Under the pieces are notes generated by a model. The model made no database searches. It saw nothing but the letters and a program-made list of their open reading frames with translations, and was not told where the DNA came from. A stretch of 64,000 nucleotides of DNA from an uncultured cyanobacterium (GTDB lineage: Bacteria > Cyanobacteriota > Cyanobacteriia > Cyanobacteriales > Cyanobacteriaceae), in the NCBI GenBank assembly GCA_963710605.1, contig CAVQBA010000006.1, forward strand, positions 1 through 64,000. The letters run 5' to 3'. Shown in pieces: positions 32,404 through 43,203 of this stretch (position 1 is its first letter; every line of letters begins with the position of its first letter). The position numbers were made by a program, and so were the translations under genes.

Positions 32404-33825
32404 ATGAAAGTAACACAGGAAAAACTTCCTGCCAGTCAAATTGGTTTAAACATCGAGATACCAGCACCTCAAGCTCAAGAAACTTACGACAAAGTTGTCA
32501 AAAATATAGCCAAAACAACTACCATTCCAGGTTTTCGTAAAGGAAAAATACCTCGCCCTATTTTACTTCAACGTTTAGGTAGTAAAAGAATTAAAGCCGC
32601 TGTTTTAGAACAAATTGTTCAAGATACCTTTAGCAAAGCCGTTGAAGAGCAAGAAATTAATGTTCTTGGTAATTATCAGCTTCGTTCTGATTTTGAAGAA
32701 TTAGTTGAGCAATATCAAGTCGGACAACCTTTTGTTTATGAAGCTTCAGTTGATGTTCCTCCAGAAGTAACTTTAGGACAGTATCAAGGACTACAGGTAA
32801 AAGCTGAAGAAGTAGTTTATAATCCTGAAGATATTGATAATTTACTTCGTGAACAACAAGAAAAATTAGCAACTTTAATCCCAATCGAAGATCGACCTGC
32901 TCAGTTAGATGATACTGTGATTATTGATTTTGAAGGACGTAATCCGGGTGAAAACGAAGGTGAAGAAGGAGATGTTATTCCTAACACCGAAGCTAAAGAA
33001 TATCAAACCGAATTACAGGAAGAAAAATTTATCCCCGGTTTTATCGCTGGTATTGTCGGGATGAATTTAAACGAAAGCAAAAAATTAGATTTAACTTTTC
33101 CTGAAGATTACCCTCAAGAAGAATTAGCTGGTAAACCTGTAATTTTTACTGTCACTCTTAAAGATATCAAAGTCAAAGAATTACCTGAATTAGATGATGA
33201 TTTTGCCGCTGATGCCAGCGAATTTGAAACTTTTGCCGAATTAAAAGAATCTTTAGAAAAGCAGTATCAAGAAAAAGCGGTTAATGATACTAACCAAAAA
33301 GTTTATGATGCTATTGTTGAAGAGTTATTAAAGCATACCACGATCGAAATACCTCACACCATGATGGAAGAGGAAACACAAAATATTTTGATGCAAACAG
33401 CCAGACAACTAGAAGGCTATGGTATGGATTTGAAACAGTTTTTTACTCCCGAAATGGTTGCTAAAATGCGTGAAACTGCCAAGCCAGAAGCAAGCAAAAA
33501 TCTACATACTACCTTAATCATCGATAAAATTGCTGAAACTGAAAATATTAGTCTTAGTGATGAAGAAATAGAAGCTAAGAAAAATGAAATCAGACAAAGT
33601 CTGAAACAAGATGAAGTTGATGAGGAAAAACTAAATAAGTTTGTTAAACAAGACTTATTAAGCGACAAAACTTTAGCATGGCTTAAAAACCAAAATGAAG
33701 TTGAATTAGTACCAGAAGGCACTCTTAACCCTCCTGAAGAAGATTCGAGTGAAGAGGCACAAGAGGCAGAAGAAGTATCTTCCGAGTCGCAACCAGAAGA
33801 AGAAATTGTCACTACAGATAGTTAA
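32404..33825 (+). CDS. tig: Trigger factor
   Basis: MKVTQEKLPASQIGL, IPGFRKGK, FKBP-like FIPGF, KELPELDDDFA. Confidence 0.96.
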   Translation: MKVTQEKLPASQIGLNIEIPAPQAQETYDKVVKNIAKTTTIPGFRKGKIPRPILLQRLGSKRIKAAVLEQIVQDTFSKAVEEQEINVLGNYQLRSDFEELVEQYQVGQPFVYEASVDVPPEVTLGQYQGLQVKAEEVVYNPEDIDNLLREQQEKLATLIPIEDRPAQLDDTVIIDFEGRNPGENEGEEGDVIPNTEAKEYQTELQEEKFIPGFIAGIVGMNLNESKKLDLTFPEDYPQEELAGKPVIFTVTLKDIKVKELPELDDDFAADASEFETFAELKESLEKQYQEKAVNDTNQKVYDAIVEELLKHTTIEIPHTMMEEETQNILMQTARQLEGYGMDLKQFFTPEMVAKMRETAKPEASKNLHTTLIIDKIAETENISLSDEEIEAKKNEIRQSLKQDEVDEEKLNKFVKQDLLSDKTLAWLKNQNEVELVPEGTLNPPEEDSSEEAQEAEEVSSESQPEEEIVTTDS

Positions 33826-33918
33826 TCTTAATCAGGAGTTACTCAGTATTTAGATAAGTAAAGAGTAAAAATGTTGCTCTTACTTACTTACTTACTTTTT
33901 AATACCTTAGGTTTACAC

Positions 33919-33946
33919 AAATCTCGTCCTTGATGACGGGATTTTG
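33919..33946 (+). terminator. Hairpin after tig
   Basis: AAATCTCGTC-CTTGAT-GACGGGATTT followed by an AT-rich run. Confidence 0.45.
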
Positions 33947-33990
33947 CCTTATATTTTTTTTCTTATTAACTTTAATAATTATTAGTAATT

Positions 33991-34389
33991 ATGTCCGATA
34001 ATCAAATTTCTGAACTAAAATATGGAGAAAGAGCGATCGAAGAAAGTAAATTAATTACTTTTCCTAATCCTCGTCCTGGTCGTGTTTATAATATTAGTGT
34101 CAGTTTACCCGAGTTTACTTGTAAATGTCCTTTCTCTGGTTATCCTGATTTTGCGACTATTTATATCAATTATTCTCCTGATGAAACAGTAGTAGAATTA
34201 AAAGCCATCAAATTGTATATCAATAGTTATCGAGAGCGTTATATATCTCATGAAGAGACAATCAACCAGATTTTAGACGATTTTGTCGCCGCTTGCGATC
34301 CTTTATCGATTACGATCAAAGGAGATTATTATCCTCGTGGTAACGTACATACTGTCGTTGAAGTTAGCCATCAAAAAAACCAAGGATGA
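33991..34389 (+). CDS. queF: NADPH-dependent preQ0 reductase
   Basis: PEFTCKCPFSGYPDFA, VELKAIKLY, SHEE, PRG. Confidence 0.95.
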   Translation: MSDNQISELKYGERAIEESKLITFPNPRPGRVYNISVSLPEFTCKCPFSGYPDFATIYINYSPDETVVELKAIKLYINSYRERYISHEETINQILDDFVAACDPLSITIKGDYYPRGNVHTVVEVSHQKNQG

Positions 34390-34447
34390 CGAGCTAAAAT
34401 AGGAAGTAAAAAGTAATAGCTAGTTTATTGCTAACTATTAACTTTTC

Positions 34448-35353
34448 TTAGCGATACATTTTGTTACGCCACTTATTTAAGGTTTGATTACCAATTGAAG
34501 CAACTGATTCTAATTCAGCTACTTTTTTTTCTAAACGGGTAATGGTATTTTGCTGTTCTTGATTAGTTTTTTGTAAATTAGCAAAACTTTGATTATGATT
34601 GACGGTAATTTGATTTGCCCTAGTTTGTAATTGTCTTATTTGTTCGTTTTGAGATTGGTTTTGTTGTTTTAATTGAGCAATTAAATTATCTTTTTTCTCC
34701 ATTTCTTGGGTGAATTTTGCTGACTGATTCGCTGATGATGTTTCTTCATTTTGCCAGTTAGTAGCATCTTCTTTTAATCGATTAATTTCTTGATTTAAAT
34801 TATCGATTGTTATTTGTTTTTCGTCACTCGATTTTTCTAAATCAATTATTTGCTGACTTGTTTTTTCAGTTTTGTCTTTAGCTTGAGCTAAATCTTTTTT
34901 AAAGCTTTCGGAAATCAAAGAAACTTCAGCTAATTTTACTTGTAAAGAGTAATTTTCTTGGTCTTTTTCTTGTAAATTATTTTCTATTTGCTCAATCTTT
35001 TTTTCGAGGGTACTAATAGTTTCTTCTTGAGCTGAAATTTGGTTATTCTGAAGATTAGAATCAGAATCTTTTGGTTCTTTATTTAACTCATCAACAACTT
35101 CTACTGTTAAATTAAGATCATCTTTAGTCTCGCTAGAAGTATCATCAAATTTTAAATTGACTAATTTTTTAGCGTCCTCATTAGCCAGCGAAATAGAGCC
35201 ATCTAAAATACCTTCAAAAAAATCTGATTTAGTTAATTCTACTTCGTTGATGATTTTTTCTAAAGCTGATTTCGATTGAAGCGTAATCGATAAATTAACT
35301 TTAGCTTTAGGATTACTTAAACCTTTGCTTGTTTTTGTAGTTCTTCTAGCCAT
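34448..35353 (-). CDS. Hypothetical protein: putative ribbon-helix-helix N-terminus plus a long coiled coil
   Basis: KAKVNLSIT..KSALE....LTKSDFFE.I..G.I.L pattern; heptad-rich Q/E/K C-terminal region. Confidence 0.6.
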   Translation of the reverse strand: MARRTTKTSKGLSNPKAKVNLSITLQSKSALEKIINEVELTKSDFFEGILDGSISLANEDAKKLVNLKFDDTSSETKDDLNLTVEVVDELNKEPKDSDSNLQNNQISAQEETISTLEKKIEQIENNLQEKDQENYSLQVKLAEVSLISESFKKDLAQAKDKTEKTSQQIIDLEKSSDEKQITIDNLNQEINRLKEDATNWQNEETSSANQSAKFTQEMEKKDNLIAQLKQQNQSQNEQIRQLQTRANQITVNHNQSFANLQKTNQEQQNTITRLEKKVAELESVASIGNQTLNKWRNKMYR

Positions 35354-35608
35354 ATTTTAGTTCCTTAACGCAGAGATGCGATCACTATATATATCAAGTT
35401 ATTGTATTATAAATTACATTTTTTCCCTATCAAATGCAATAAAACTTTATATATTTAGATATCATCTGAAGAGTGTTTGGTTGAGAATAAATTGGTTAAT
35501 TGATAATTAACGACTAAATATTTAGATGTTTCTTTACCCTTGATTTATCGAATTTTTTGATGAATATGGTATGGGAACTTTTATACGTCAAAAATAAATC
35601 AATTCTCA

Positions 35609-35647
35609 ATTCTCACCGAATAATTGCTTCAAGCAAGAATTCATCTC
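35609..35647 (+). repeat. Short dispersed repeat family A, copy 4
   Basis: ATTCTCACCGAATAATTGC-TTCAAGCAA-GAATTCATC. Confidence 0.75.
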
Positions 35648-35656
35648 AATTCATGA

Positions 35657-36307
35657 TTACTGTCTTCTTTCTTGTAGTTTTTTATAAACATCTCGCAGAT
35701 TAACATTATGATAAGCTAAGGCAACCAAACTGTGGTAAAATAAATCGGCAAATTCCCCAGCAATTTGTTGAGGATCATCATCTTTACACGCCATTACAAC
35801 TTCAGCGGCTTCTTCGCCAATTTTTTTAAGAATTTTGTTGTCTCCACCTTCATACAATTTACAGGTGTAAGATTCGGCAACAGGATGTTCTTTCCGATCG
35901 CTGATAATTTTAAATAATTCTGATAAAGTATCAGCAGGAGGAGCAGATTTAGAATGATCGATTTGATGAAAACAACTTCTTTCACCTTTATGACAAGCTA
36001 CATCACCAATTTGTTCGATCGTTAAAAGTAGTGCATCACTATCACAATCGTAGCGAATAGTTTTAATTTTTTGAATATGTCCTGAGGTTGCACCCTTATG
36101 CCATAATTCTTGACGAGAACGACTCCAATACCACGCCTCGCCAGTATCGATCGTTTTTTGTAATGATTCTTTATTCATCCATGCCATCATCAAAACTGTA
36201 CCATCAAGATAATCTTGAGTAATAGCAGGAACTAATCCTTGGTCATTATAAGCGATTTTTTCTACAGGGATAGATTGACTCAGAGGTATGGAAGGATTAA
36301 CTGACAT
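35657..36307 (-). CDS. hisIE: Bifunctional PR-AMP cyclohydrolase / PR-ATP diphosphatase
   Basis: [41 protein letters not shown]. Confidence 0.96.
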   Translation of the reverse strand: MSVNPSIPLSQSIPVEKIAYNDQGLVPAITQDYLDGTVLMMAWMNKESLQKTIDTGEAWYWSRSRQELWHKGATSGHIQKIKTIRYDCDSDALLLTIEQIGDVACHKGERSCFHQIDHSKSAPPADTLSELFKIISDRKEHPVAESYTCKLYEGGDNKILKKIGEEAAEVVMACKDDDPQQIAGEFADLFYHSLVALAYHNVNLRDVYKKLQERRQ

Positions 36308-36387
36308 TTGATTTGATGGACTGCAATTATTATGTAAAACTTAAAACTAATTCCCTATCATATCAGTATTATGACCATTAACTATTG

Positions 36388-36435
36388 ACAATGAACAATG
36401 AACGTGCGAACAATGAACAATGAACGTGCGAACAA
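36388..36435. repeat. 22-bp tandem duplication ACAATGAACAATGAACGTGCGA x2
   Basis: Read directly; built from ACAATGA heptamers. Confidence 0.85.
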
Positions 36436-36500
36436 CTATTAAAAAATGAAGAATAAAATATTAATTCTCCATTCTCCATTCTCAATTATCAATTCTTAAT

Positions 36501-37325
36501 ATGGCTATTAAAGCACGCAAACAATTTGGACAACATTGGTTAAAAAATAAAAATGTTCTTGAGCAAATTATTGCCACCGCTCAAATCAGTGAAAAGGATA
36601 AGATTCTAGAAATAGGACCAGGAAAAGGAGTTTTAACCGAAAGACTTTTTAAATTTGCTGATAAATTATTAGCCGTCGAAATCGATCGAGATTTATGTAA
36701 ATTTCTAGTTAATAAATATGGAGATTTAGATAACTTTCTCTTATTAGAAGGAGACTTTCTCGATTTAGATACAAAAAGTATTTTAGAAAGATTTCCTCAA
36801 TTTGCTAACTATAATAAAGTAGTTGCTAATATTCCTTATAACATCACAGGACCAATTATCGAGAAACTTTTAGGCACGATTAGTAAACCAGCAGATAGAC
36901 AATTAGAATCGATCGTTTTATTAGTCCAAAAAGAAGTAGGGCAAAGATTAGTCGCTGTACCTAATAACAAAATATATGGTGCTTTAACAGTCAGAGTACA
37001 GTATCTTGCTGATTGCGAAATAACTTGTGATGTACCGGCTAAAGACTTTTATCCTCGCCCTAAAGTAGATTCAGTGGTAGTTAAAATCACTCCCAGAAAA
37101 ATTGCTCAACCTGCGGATAATCCCAAACTTTTAGAAAGCTTGATTAAAGTCGGTTTTTCTAGTCGTCGAAAAATGTTAAAAAATAATCTTAAAAGTATAG
37201 TCGATCAAGATAAACTCAATGAAATATTAACCCAATTACAATTAAATCCTCAAGTAAGAGCAGAAAATTTAAGTGTTGAAGAATGGATTAAATTAAGTAA
37301 TAATTTGAATTCTTTGGAAGAATAG
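36501..37325 (+). CDS. rsmA: 16S rRNA adenine dimethyltransferase
   Basis: RKQFGQHWL, LEIGPGKG, VANIPYNIT, PRPKVDS. Confidence 0.96.
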   Translation: MAIKARKQFGQHWLKNKNVLEQIIATAQISEKDKILEIGPGKGVLTERLFKFADKLLAVEIDRDLCKFLVNKYGDLDNFLLLEGDFLDLDTKSILERFPQFANYNKVVANIPYNITGPIIEKLLGTISKPADRQLESIVLLVQKEVGQRLVAVPNNKIYGALTVRVQYLADCEITCDVPAKDFYPRPKVDSVVVKITPRKIAQPADNPKLLESLIKVGFSSRRKMLKNNLKSIVDQDKLNEILTQLQLNPQVRAENLSVEEWIKLSNNLNSLEE

Positions 37326-37377
37326 CTTAAAAAGTGTGAATATATTTTACTAAAGGCTATATTTACCCATCTTTTGT

Positions 37378-37545
37378 CTAATATTTTTCTTTTACATCTT
37401 CCCAATCGATTTCATTTTCATCTTTTCTTTCTTGAGAGACAAGCACATCAGAAAAATCTTCCCACAAGTCACCATATTTATCTAAATCAATTAATACAGC
37501 TTTTTTATCACCTTTCTCATCAATAACAAAACTAATTCCTTGCAT
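37378..37545 (-). CDS. Small orphan antitoxin-like protein, 55 aa (not in ORF track)
   Basis: MQGISFVIDEKGDKKAVLIDLDKYGDLWEDFSDVLVSQERKDENEIDWEDVKEKY; resembles small acidic proteins that accompany RelE-type toxins. Confidence 0.6.
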   Translation of the reverse strand: MQGISFVIDEKGDKKAVLIDLDKYGDLWEDFSDVLVSQERKDENEIDWEDVKEKY

Positions 37546-37593
37546 AACTGTATTTTCTATAAAATCTTAATTATTATTGTATCCGAATGAAAA

Positions 37594-37640
37594 GACGATC
37601 TTTCTCACCACACCTTATAATTTAACGAGATAAAGACGAT
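37594..37640 (+). repeat. Imperfect direct repeat, left copy flanking hicBA
   Basis: 33/39 identity of 37602-37640 to 38184-38222, preceded by a CGATC motif. Confidence 0.75.
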
Positions 37641-37693
37641 CGAACAAGACTTATAGCATCATCAGTTTGTTAAAATCCAAACATTAATATTAT

Positions 37694-37885
37694 TCAACTG
37701 ATTGCATCAATAACTTGTTTTACTATTTTAGGATGAAGTATTTTTTTGCCATGAAAAGGAATAACAACTCTAATATTTTCTTTCTGGTATATGCGATGAC
37801 TTCCCTGACTTCTAATAAGAGTAAAATTAGCATCTAATAATAATTTTTCTGCTTCTTTTGCATTTAATCTCGGTAATTTAGGCAA
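37694..37885 (-). CDS. hicA: HicA-family toxin
   Basis: MPKLPRL, RSQGSHRIY, VIPFHG.KILHPKIVK. Confidence 0.9.
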   Translation of the reverse strand: MPKLPRLNAKEAEKLLLDANFTLIRSQGSHRIYQKENIRVVIPFHGKKILHPKIVKQVIDAIS

Positions 37886-38111
37886 CTGATACCTCCATAC
37901 TTACCGTAGAAATTTCCTTAGTCAATAATAATTGTCTTTCTTCCTCGTTTAAAGTGGAGATATATAACTCTATTGCCTCTTGAATATTAGTTTTAATTTC
38001 ATCTAACGAATCACCCTGACTTTGGCATCCTTCTAGTTGGGGGCAATATGCGTAATATCCATATTCATCTTTTTCGATGATGACAGTTACATGGTAGGAG
38101 TTATTGCTCAT
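37878..38111 (-). CDS. hicB: HicB-family antitoxin
   Basis: IIEKDEYGYYAYCPQLEGCQSQGDSLDE..NIQEAIELY. Confidence 0.9.
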   Translation of the reverse strand: MSNNSYHVTVIIEKDEYGYYAYCPQLEGCQSQGDSLDEIKTNIQEAIELYISTLNEEERQLLLTKEISTVSMEVSVA

Positions 38112-38175
38112 TTTAATTTCGTATAAACCATCAAATTTTAACTACTATCATAATTTTAATCTTGATTGCCAAAAC

Positions 38176-38222
38176 GTCGATCGTTCTCAGCACAATTTAT
38201 AATGTAACGACACAAAGACGAT
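38176..38222 (+). repeat. Imperfect direct repeat, right copy flanking hicBA
   Basis: Matches 37594-37640; preceded by CGATCG. Confidence 0.75.
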
Positions 38223-38294
38223 TTTTACTTATTAAAAATAAACATCGATATCACTAGGCGAAAGCTCAAAAGATAAAGAAGATAAAATATGTTA

Positions 38295-38585
38295 TTATCT
38301 TGGTGCTTTTTTCCATCCTGCATTAATAGCTTCTTGCTCACTACAAAACCATTTTTCTCCATGTTCGGACTGTATTCTTGTCTTCTCATAATCTTTTTGT
38401 CCAGGAACATGATAAATTTTATTACCACTATTAATTGATATATTACCTTTGATTTTGCAGGTTGAATTGAGGTTACTATTTGGAGAATTAGGAATATTTT
38501 CTGAGACAGGAGGAAGGTTACGCTCTTTGATAGTAATGAAATAACCAATACCGAAGATTATTAATGTAAATAGCAATTTTTTCAT
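38295..38585 (-). CDS. Small exported protein with a CxIKGN..YH..WFC domain (as at the C-terminus of thermonucleases/ExoI-like proteins)
   Basis: TM/signal helix then CKIKGNIS..KIYHVPGQ..Y..GEKWFCSEQEAINAGWK. Confidence 0.7.
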   Translation of the reverse strand: MKKLLFTLIIFGIGYFITIKERNLPPVSENIPNSPNSNLNSTCKIKGNISINSGNKIYHVPGQKDYEKTRIQSEHGEKWFCSEQEAINAGWKKAPR

Positions 38586-38820
38586 GTAATTATTTGTAAT
38601 TATAATAAATTAACGATCGATATTCTTAAGCCAAGTTTTCTTATTTGCTAAATATCATTTTGATGTCCATCTTTTAAATCAATCAATTAGTTTATTTTGT
38701 TACACATCATTCTAATCGATTATTTTAGTTTATTCGATCGCTCTCAAATTACGTTAAACTAGTAGATTAAACTACCCCACAAAACAAAAGCCAACATTTT
38801 ATAACGTTAGTGATTACTCG

Positions 38821-41800
38821 ATGAAAAGCCTATTTTTAGAAAGATTAAATAGTCCACAACGTCCCGTGTTAGTATTGGATGGGGCAATGGGAACAAATTT
38901 ACAAGTGCAAAACCTTACCGCTGAAGACTTTGGCGGAGCAGAATATGAAGGTTGTAACGAATATTTAGTCCATACTAAACCAGAAGCCGTAGAAATTGTC
39001 CATAGAGGCTTTCTGGAGGCGGGAGCGGATGTCATTGAAACCGATACCTTTGGTGGCACACCCTTAGTCTTAGCCGAATATGATTTAGCAGACAAATCTT
39101 ACTACCTCAATAAAACTGCCGCCGAGTTAGCCAAAAAAGTAGCTCAAGAATTCTCCACACCCGAAAAACCCCGTTTCGTGGCAGGAAGTATAGGACCTGG
39201 TACTAAATTACCAACTTTAGGACATATTGATTACGATCGTCTTAAAGATGCTTACGTAACTCAAGTAAACGGCTTATACGACGGTGGTGTAGATTTATTC
39301 TTAGTGGAAACCTGTCAAGATGTTTTACAAATAAAAGCCGTCTTAAACGCCATCGAAGAAGTATTTACGGAGAAAGGAAAAAGACTCCCTTTGATGGTAT
39401 CAGTAACCATAGAAGACTTTGGCACAATGTTAGTCGGTACAGAAATTAACGCCGTTGTTGCTATCCTCGAACCTTATCCGATCGATATATTAGGCTTAAA
39501 CTGTGCGACTGGTCCGGATTTGATGAAGCCTCATATCAAATATCTCAGTGAAAATTCTCCCTTCATCGTTTCTTGTGTACCCAATGCAGGTTTACCTGAA
39601 AACATTGGCGGACAAGCCCACTACAAATTAACACCGATCGAATTGAAAATGGCATTGATGCACTTCGTTGAAGACTTAGGAGTGCAAATTATTGGTGGTT
39701 GTTGCGGTACAGACCAGCTCATATCAAAGCTTTAGCCGAGATTACGACAACTCTAACCCCCAAGCAAAGAGAATATAATTATGAGCCTTCAGCCGCTTCA
39801 ATTTACAGCACAACTACTTATACTCAAGACAATTCTTTCCTCATTATTGGTGAAAGATTAAATGCCAGTGGTTCAAAAAAATGTCGTACTCTTCTTAATG
39901 AAGAAGATTGGGATGGTTTAATTTCTCTAGCAAAAAATCAAGTCAAAGAAGGTGCGCACGTCTTAGATGTCAACGTCGATTATGTTGGGCGTGATGGTGT
40001 CAAAGATATGCACGAGTTAGCTTCTCGTTTGGTCAACAACGTTACCTTACCCTTGATGTTAGATTCCACTGAATGGCAAAAAATGGAAGCAGGATTAAAA
40101 GTAGCTGGTGGTAAATGTATCCTTAATTCTACTAACTATGAAGACGGGGAAGAGAGGTTTTTTAAAGTACTTCAATTAGCCAAAAAATACGGTGCAGGAG
40201 TCGTGATCGGGACGATCGATGAGGAGGGAATGGCTCGGACAGCCGAACAGAAATTTGCGATCGCTAAACGTGCCTATGAGGATGCGAAAAAATTTGGTCT
40301 TCCTCCTTATGAATTATTTTATGATCCTTTAGCACTACCTATTTCAACTGGGATTGAAGAAGATCGAGAAAACGGAAAAGCAACAGTAGAAGCAATCAAA
40401 CGTATTCGAGAAGAGTTACCTGAATGTCATATTCTCCTTGGTATTTCTAATATCTCTTTTGGTTTGAATCCTGCCTCTCGTCAAGTATTGAATTCGATCT
40501 TTTTACATGAATGTATGCAAGTAGGTTTGGATGGAGCGATCGTTTCACCTAATAAAATATTACCATTAGCGAAGATTGATGAAGAGCCGTTAAAAGTATG
40601 TCTTGATTTGATTTACGATCGACGAGAATTCAATGATAATATTTGTAGTTATGATCCCCTAATTAAATTAACTACTTTATACGAAGGTAAAACCACTAAA
40701 AGTAACAAGAAAAATGTAGCCGATTTACCGATCGAAGAAAGACTCAAACAACATATCATTGAAGGAGAAAGAATAGGTTTAGAAGATGCTTTAAATATCG
40801 CCTTAGAAAGTTATCCACCATTAGATGTGATCAATATCTATTTATTAGACGGCATGAAAGTTGTTGGTGAATTATTTGGTAACGGACAAATGCAATTACC
40901 TTTTGTTTTACAGTCAGCCCAAACTATGAAAGCGGCGGTGGCTTATCTCGAACCTTTTATGGATAAAGACGAAGCCGATGATAGCGGAAAAGGTAAGTTT
41001 TTAATCGCTACAGTTAAAGGAGATGTCCACGATATTGGTAAAAATTTAGTCGATATTATTCTCTCTAATAATGGCTATAAAGTTATTAATTTAGGTATCA
41101 AACAACCTGTCGAAAATATTCTTAAAGCCTACCATGAACATCAACCAGATTGTATTGCCATGAGTGGTTTATTAGTCAAATCTACTGCTTTTATGAAAGA
41201 TAACCTAGATACCTTTAACAAAGAAGGTATAAACGTTCCCGTCATTCTAGGTGGTGCGGCACTTACTCCCAAATTTGTTCATGGTGATTGTCAAGATGTT
41301 TATCAAGGTAAGGTAGTTTACGGTAAAGATGCTTTTGCTGATTTGAATTTTATGGACAAATTAATGCCCGCTAAAAAATCAGATCAATGGAATGATGTTA
41401 GTGGTTTTTTAGGCGAATTTTTAGAGCAAAATGAATACTTTGCAGGTAGAGCTAAAAATGAAGAAAATGGCGATAATAATAAAGAAGAAAAAGAAGTAAA
41501 AAATAAAGAACCAGAAGTAATAGATACTCGCCGTAGTGAAGCTGTAGATATTAATATAAAACGTCCAACACCTCCTTTTTGGGGTACTAAAATATTATCA
41601 CCAGAAGATTTTGATTTAGACGAACTTTTTTGGTATTTAGACTTACAAGCACTTTTTGCAGGGCAATGGCAATTTCGTAAACCTCAAGGGCAACCAAGAG
41701 AAGAATATAACGAATTTTTAGCTGAAAAAGTACACCCTATTTTAGATGAGTGGAAAGCTAAAGTTAAAGCCGAAAATCTATTACATCCCACATTAATTTA

Positions 41801-42371
41801 TGGTTATTTTCCTTGTCAATCTGAAGGAAATACTTTGTATATTTATAACCCCGAAAAACCAGAGGATAAAGAGATTGTTGCTCAATTTGACTTCCCCCGT
41901 CAAAAATCGGGTAAACGTTTGTGTATAGCCGACTTTTTTGCCCCTACAGACTCAGATACGATCGATGTCTTCCCGATGCAAGCCGTAACGGTGGGAGAAG
42001 TTGCGACTGAATATGCCCAAAAACTATTTGCGGCTGATGAATATACCAATTACCTTTATTATCACGGTATGGCGGTACAAACAGCCGAAGCGATGGCAGA
42101 ATGGTGTCATGCAAGGATAAGACGAGAGTTAGGTTATGGTGATTCTGAGCCCGATAATATTCGGGAAATGTTCCAACAACGCTATCAAGGCTCACGTTAT
42201 AGTTTTGGTTATCCTGCTTGTCCGAATATGCTAGATCAGTATATACAATTAGATTTATTGGATACTAAACGCATTGGTATGTATATGGATGAGAGTGAGC
42301 AAATATATCCCGAGCAATCGACAAGTGCTATTATTTGTTATCATCCCGTAGCGAAATATTTTAGTGCTTAA
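38821..42371 (+). CDS. metH: Cobalamin-dependent methionine synthase, split by a 1-bp frameshift at about 39711
   Basis: DGAMGT, LNCATGP, GGCCGT in ORF1; pterin domain, [13 protein letters not shown] and [10 protein letters not shown] in ORF2; adding one A in GGTAC-A-GACCA restores GGCCGTRPAHI. Confidence 0.93.
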
Positions 42372-42384
42372 ATTTAGTGTAAAG

Positions 42385-42410
42385 AGTGAGCTTTTTGCTC
42401 ACTTTGTTAT
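42385..42410 (+). terminator. Hairpin after metH
   Basis: AGTGAGC-TTTTT-GCTCACT followed by a T-rich tract. Confidence 0.5.
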
Positions 42411-42413
42411 TTT

Positions 42414-42695
42414 ATGAATATACAATTTGAATGGGATGAAAATAAGCGTTACAGCAATATTCGTAAACATGGAATCGATTTTATTGATGCTTACAAAATA
42501 TTTGATTACGATACAGTAATAATAGAAGACGATCGTTTTAATTATGGCGAACAAAGACTTATCGCTATTGGTTTATTAAAGGGTACAATAATCGTCGTTG
42601 TTTACACCGAAAAAGAAAATAGTATTAGAATAATATCAGCACGAAAAGGGACAAAAAATGAACAACAAATCTACTTCCAAGAAATCTATGACTGA
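42414..42695 (+). CDS. brnT: BrnT-family toxin
   Basis: FEWDENKR.SNIRKHGIDF, YGEQR, RIISARK. Confidence 0.92.
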   Translation: MNIQFEWDENKRYSNIRKHGIDFIDAYKIFDYDTVIIEDDRFNYGEQRLIAIGLLKGTIIVVVYTEKENSIRIISARKGTKNEQQIYFQEIYD

Positions 42696-42930
42696 TTGGG
42701 AAAGATTAGATTCTATGACTGATGAAGATATAGACTTTTCCGATTGCCCTGAAATTACACCTGAAATGACAAAAAGTAAAACTATTAGACGTGGTTTAAA
42801 AGATTCTTCACACAAACAGCTACTAACTTTGTATTTAGATGAGGAAATAGTAACTTGGTATCAAAAAAATAAAGAATCTCATCAAGTAGAAATTAATAAT
42901 TTATTAAAAGATTATATTAAAAATCATTAA
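42658..42930 (+). CDS. brnA: BrnA-family antitoxin
   Basis: TDWERLDSMTDEDIDFSDCPE, TLYLDEEIVTWY, INNLLKDY. Confidence 0.88.
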   Translation: MNNKSTSKKSMTDWERLDSMTDEDIDFSDCPEITPEMTKSKTIRRGLKDSSHKQLLTLYLDEEIVTWYQKNKESHQVEINNLLKDYIKNH

Positions 42931-42964
42931 TCTTGATTATCAAAGTAGTCGATCGTTTTTAAAA

Positions 42965-43081
42965 AATACTTTATTTGTTCCTCATACAGAAGAAGAAACT
43001 CATCTTCTGGCATCACTAATTGAGTTTGTTGGGGTTTTAGTCGAGTCTTATGAAGATAAAAATATTTTTGAGTTGATGTAA
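42965..43081 (+). pseudogene. Internally deleted HigA-like antitoxin remnant
   Basis: Start-less frame NTLFVPHTEEE-THLLASLIEFVGVLVESYED; the middle segment of the family appears missing. Confidence 0.55.
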
Positions 43082-43203
43082 GTTGAGTCTAAAACGATCG
43101 TCTATTATAATTTTGAGTGCGAAAAAATTTTACTGCTTAAGGTTTTTTTGGTCTTGCTCACTCTATAATTAGCTTAACTAAAATATGGCATTAATAGAAC
43201 ATT

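Noticed and set aside
36388-36435. Possible CRISPR repeats here and at 52623-52673
   Set aside because: Head-to-tail tandem duplications without spacers; no cas genes in the window.
37594-38222. Integron attC or Xer dif interpretation of the direct repeats
   Set aside because: No RYYYAAC..GTTRRRY palindrome, poor match to dif half-sites and no integrase nearby; kept only as unexplained repeats.
38586-38820. Cobalamin riboswitch upstream of metH (also checked upstream of cbiX)
   Set aside because: No B12-box or other conserved riboswitch motifs visible.
39700-39720. Programmed ribosomal frameshift in metH
   Set aside because: No slippery heptamer or stimulatory structure; a single missing base explains the split.
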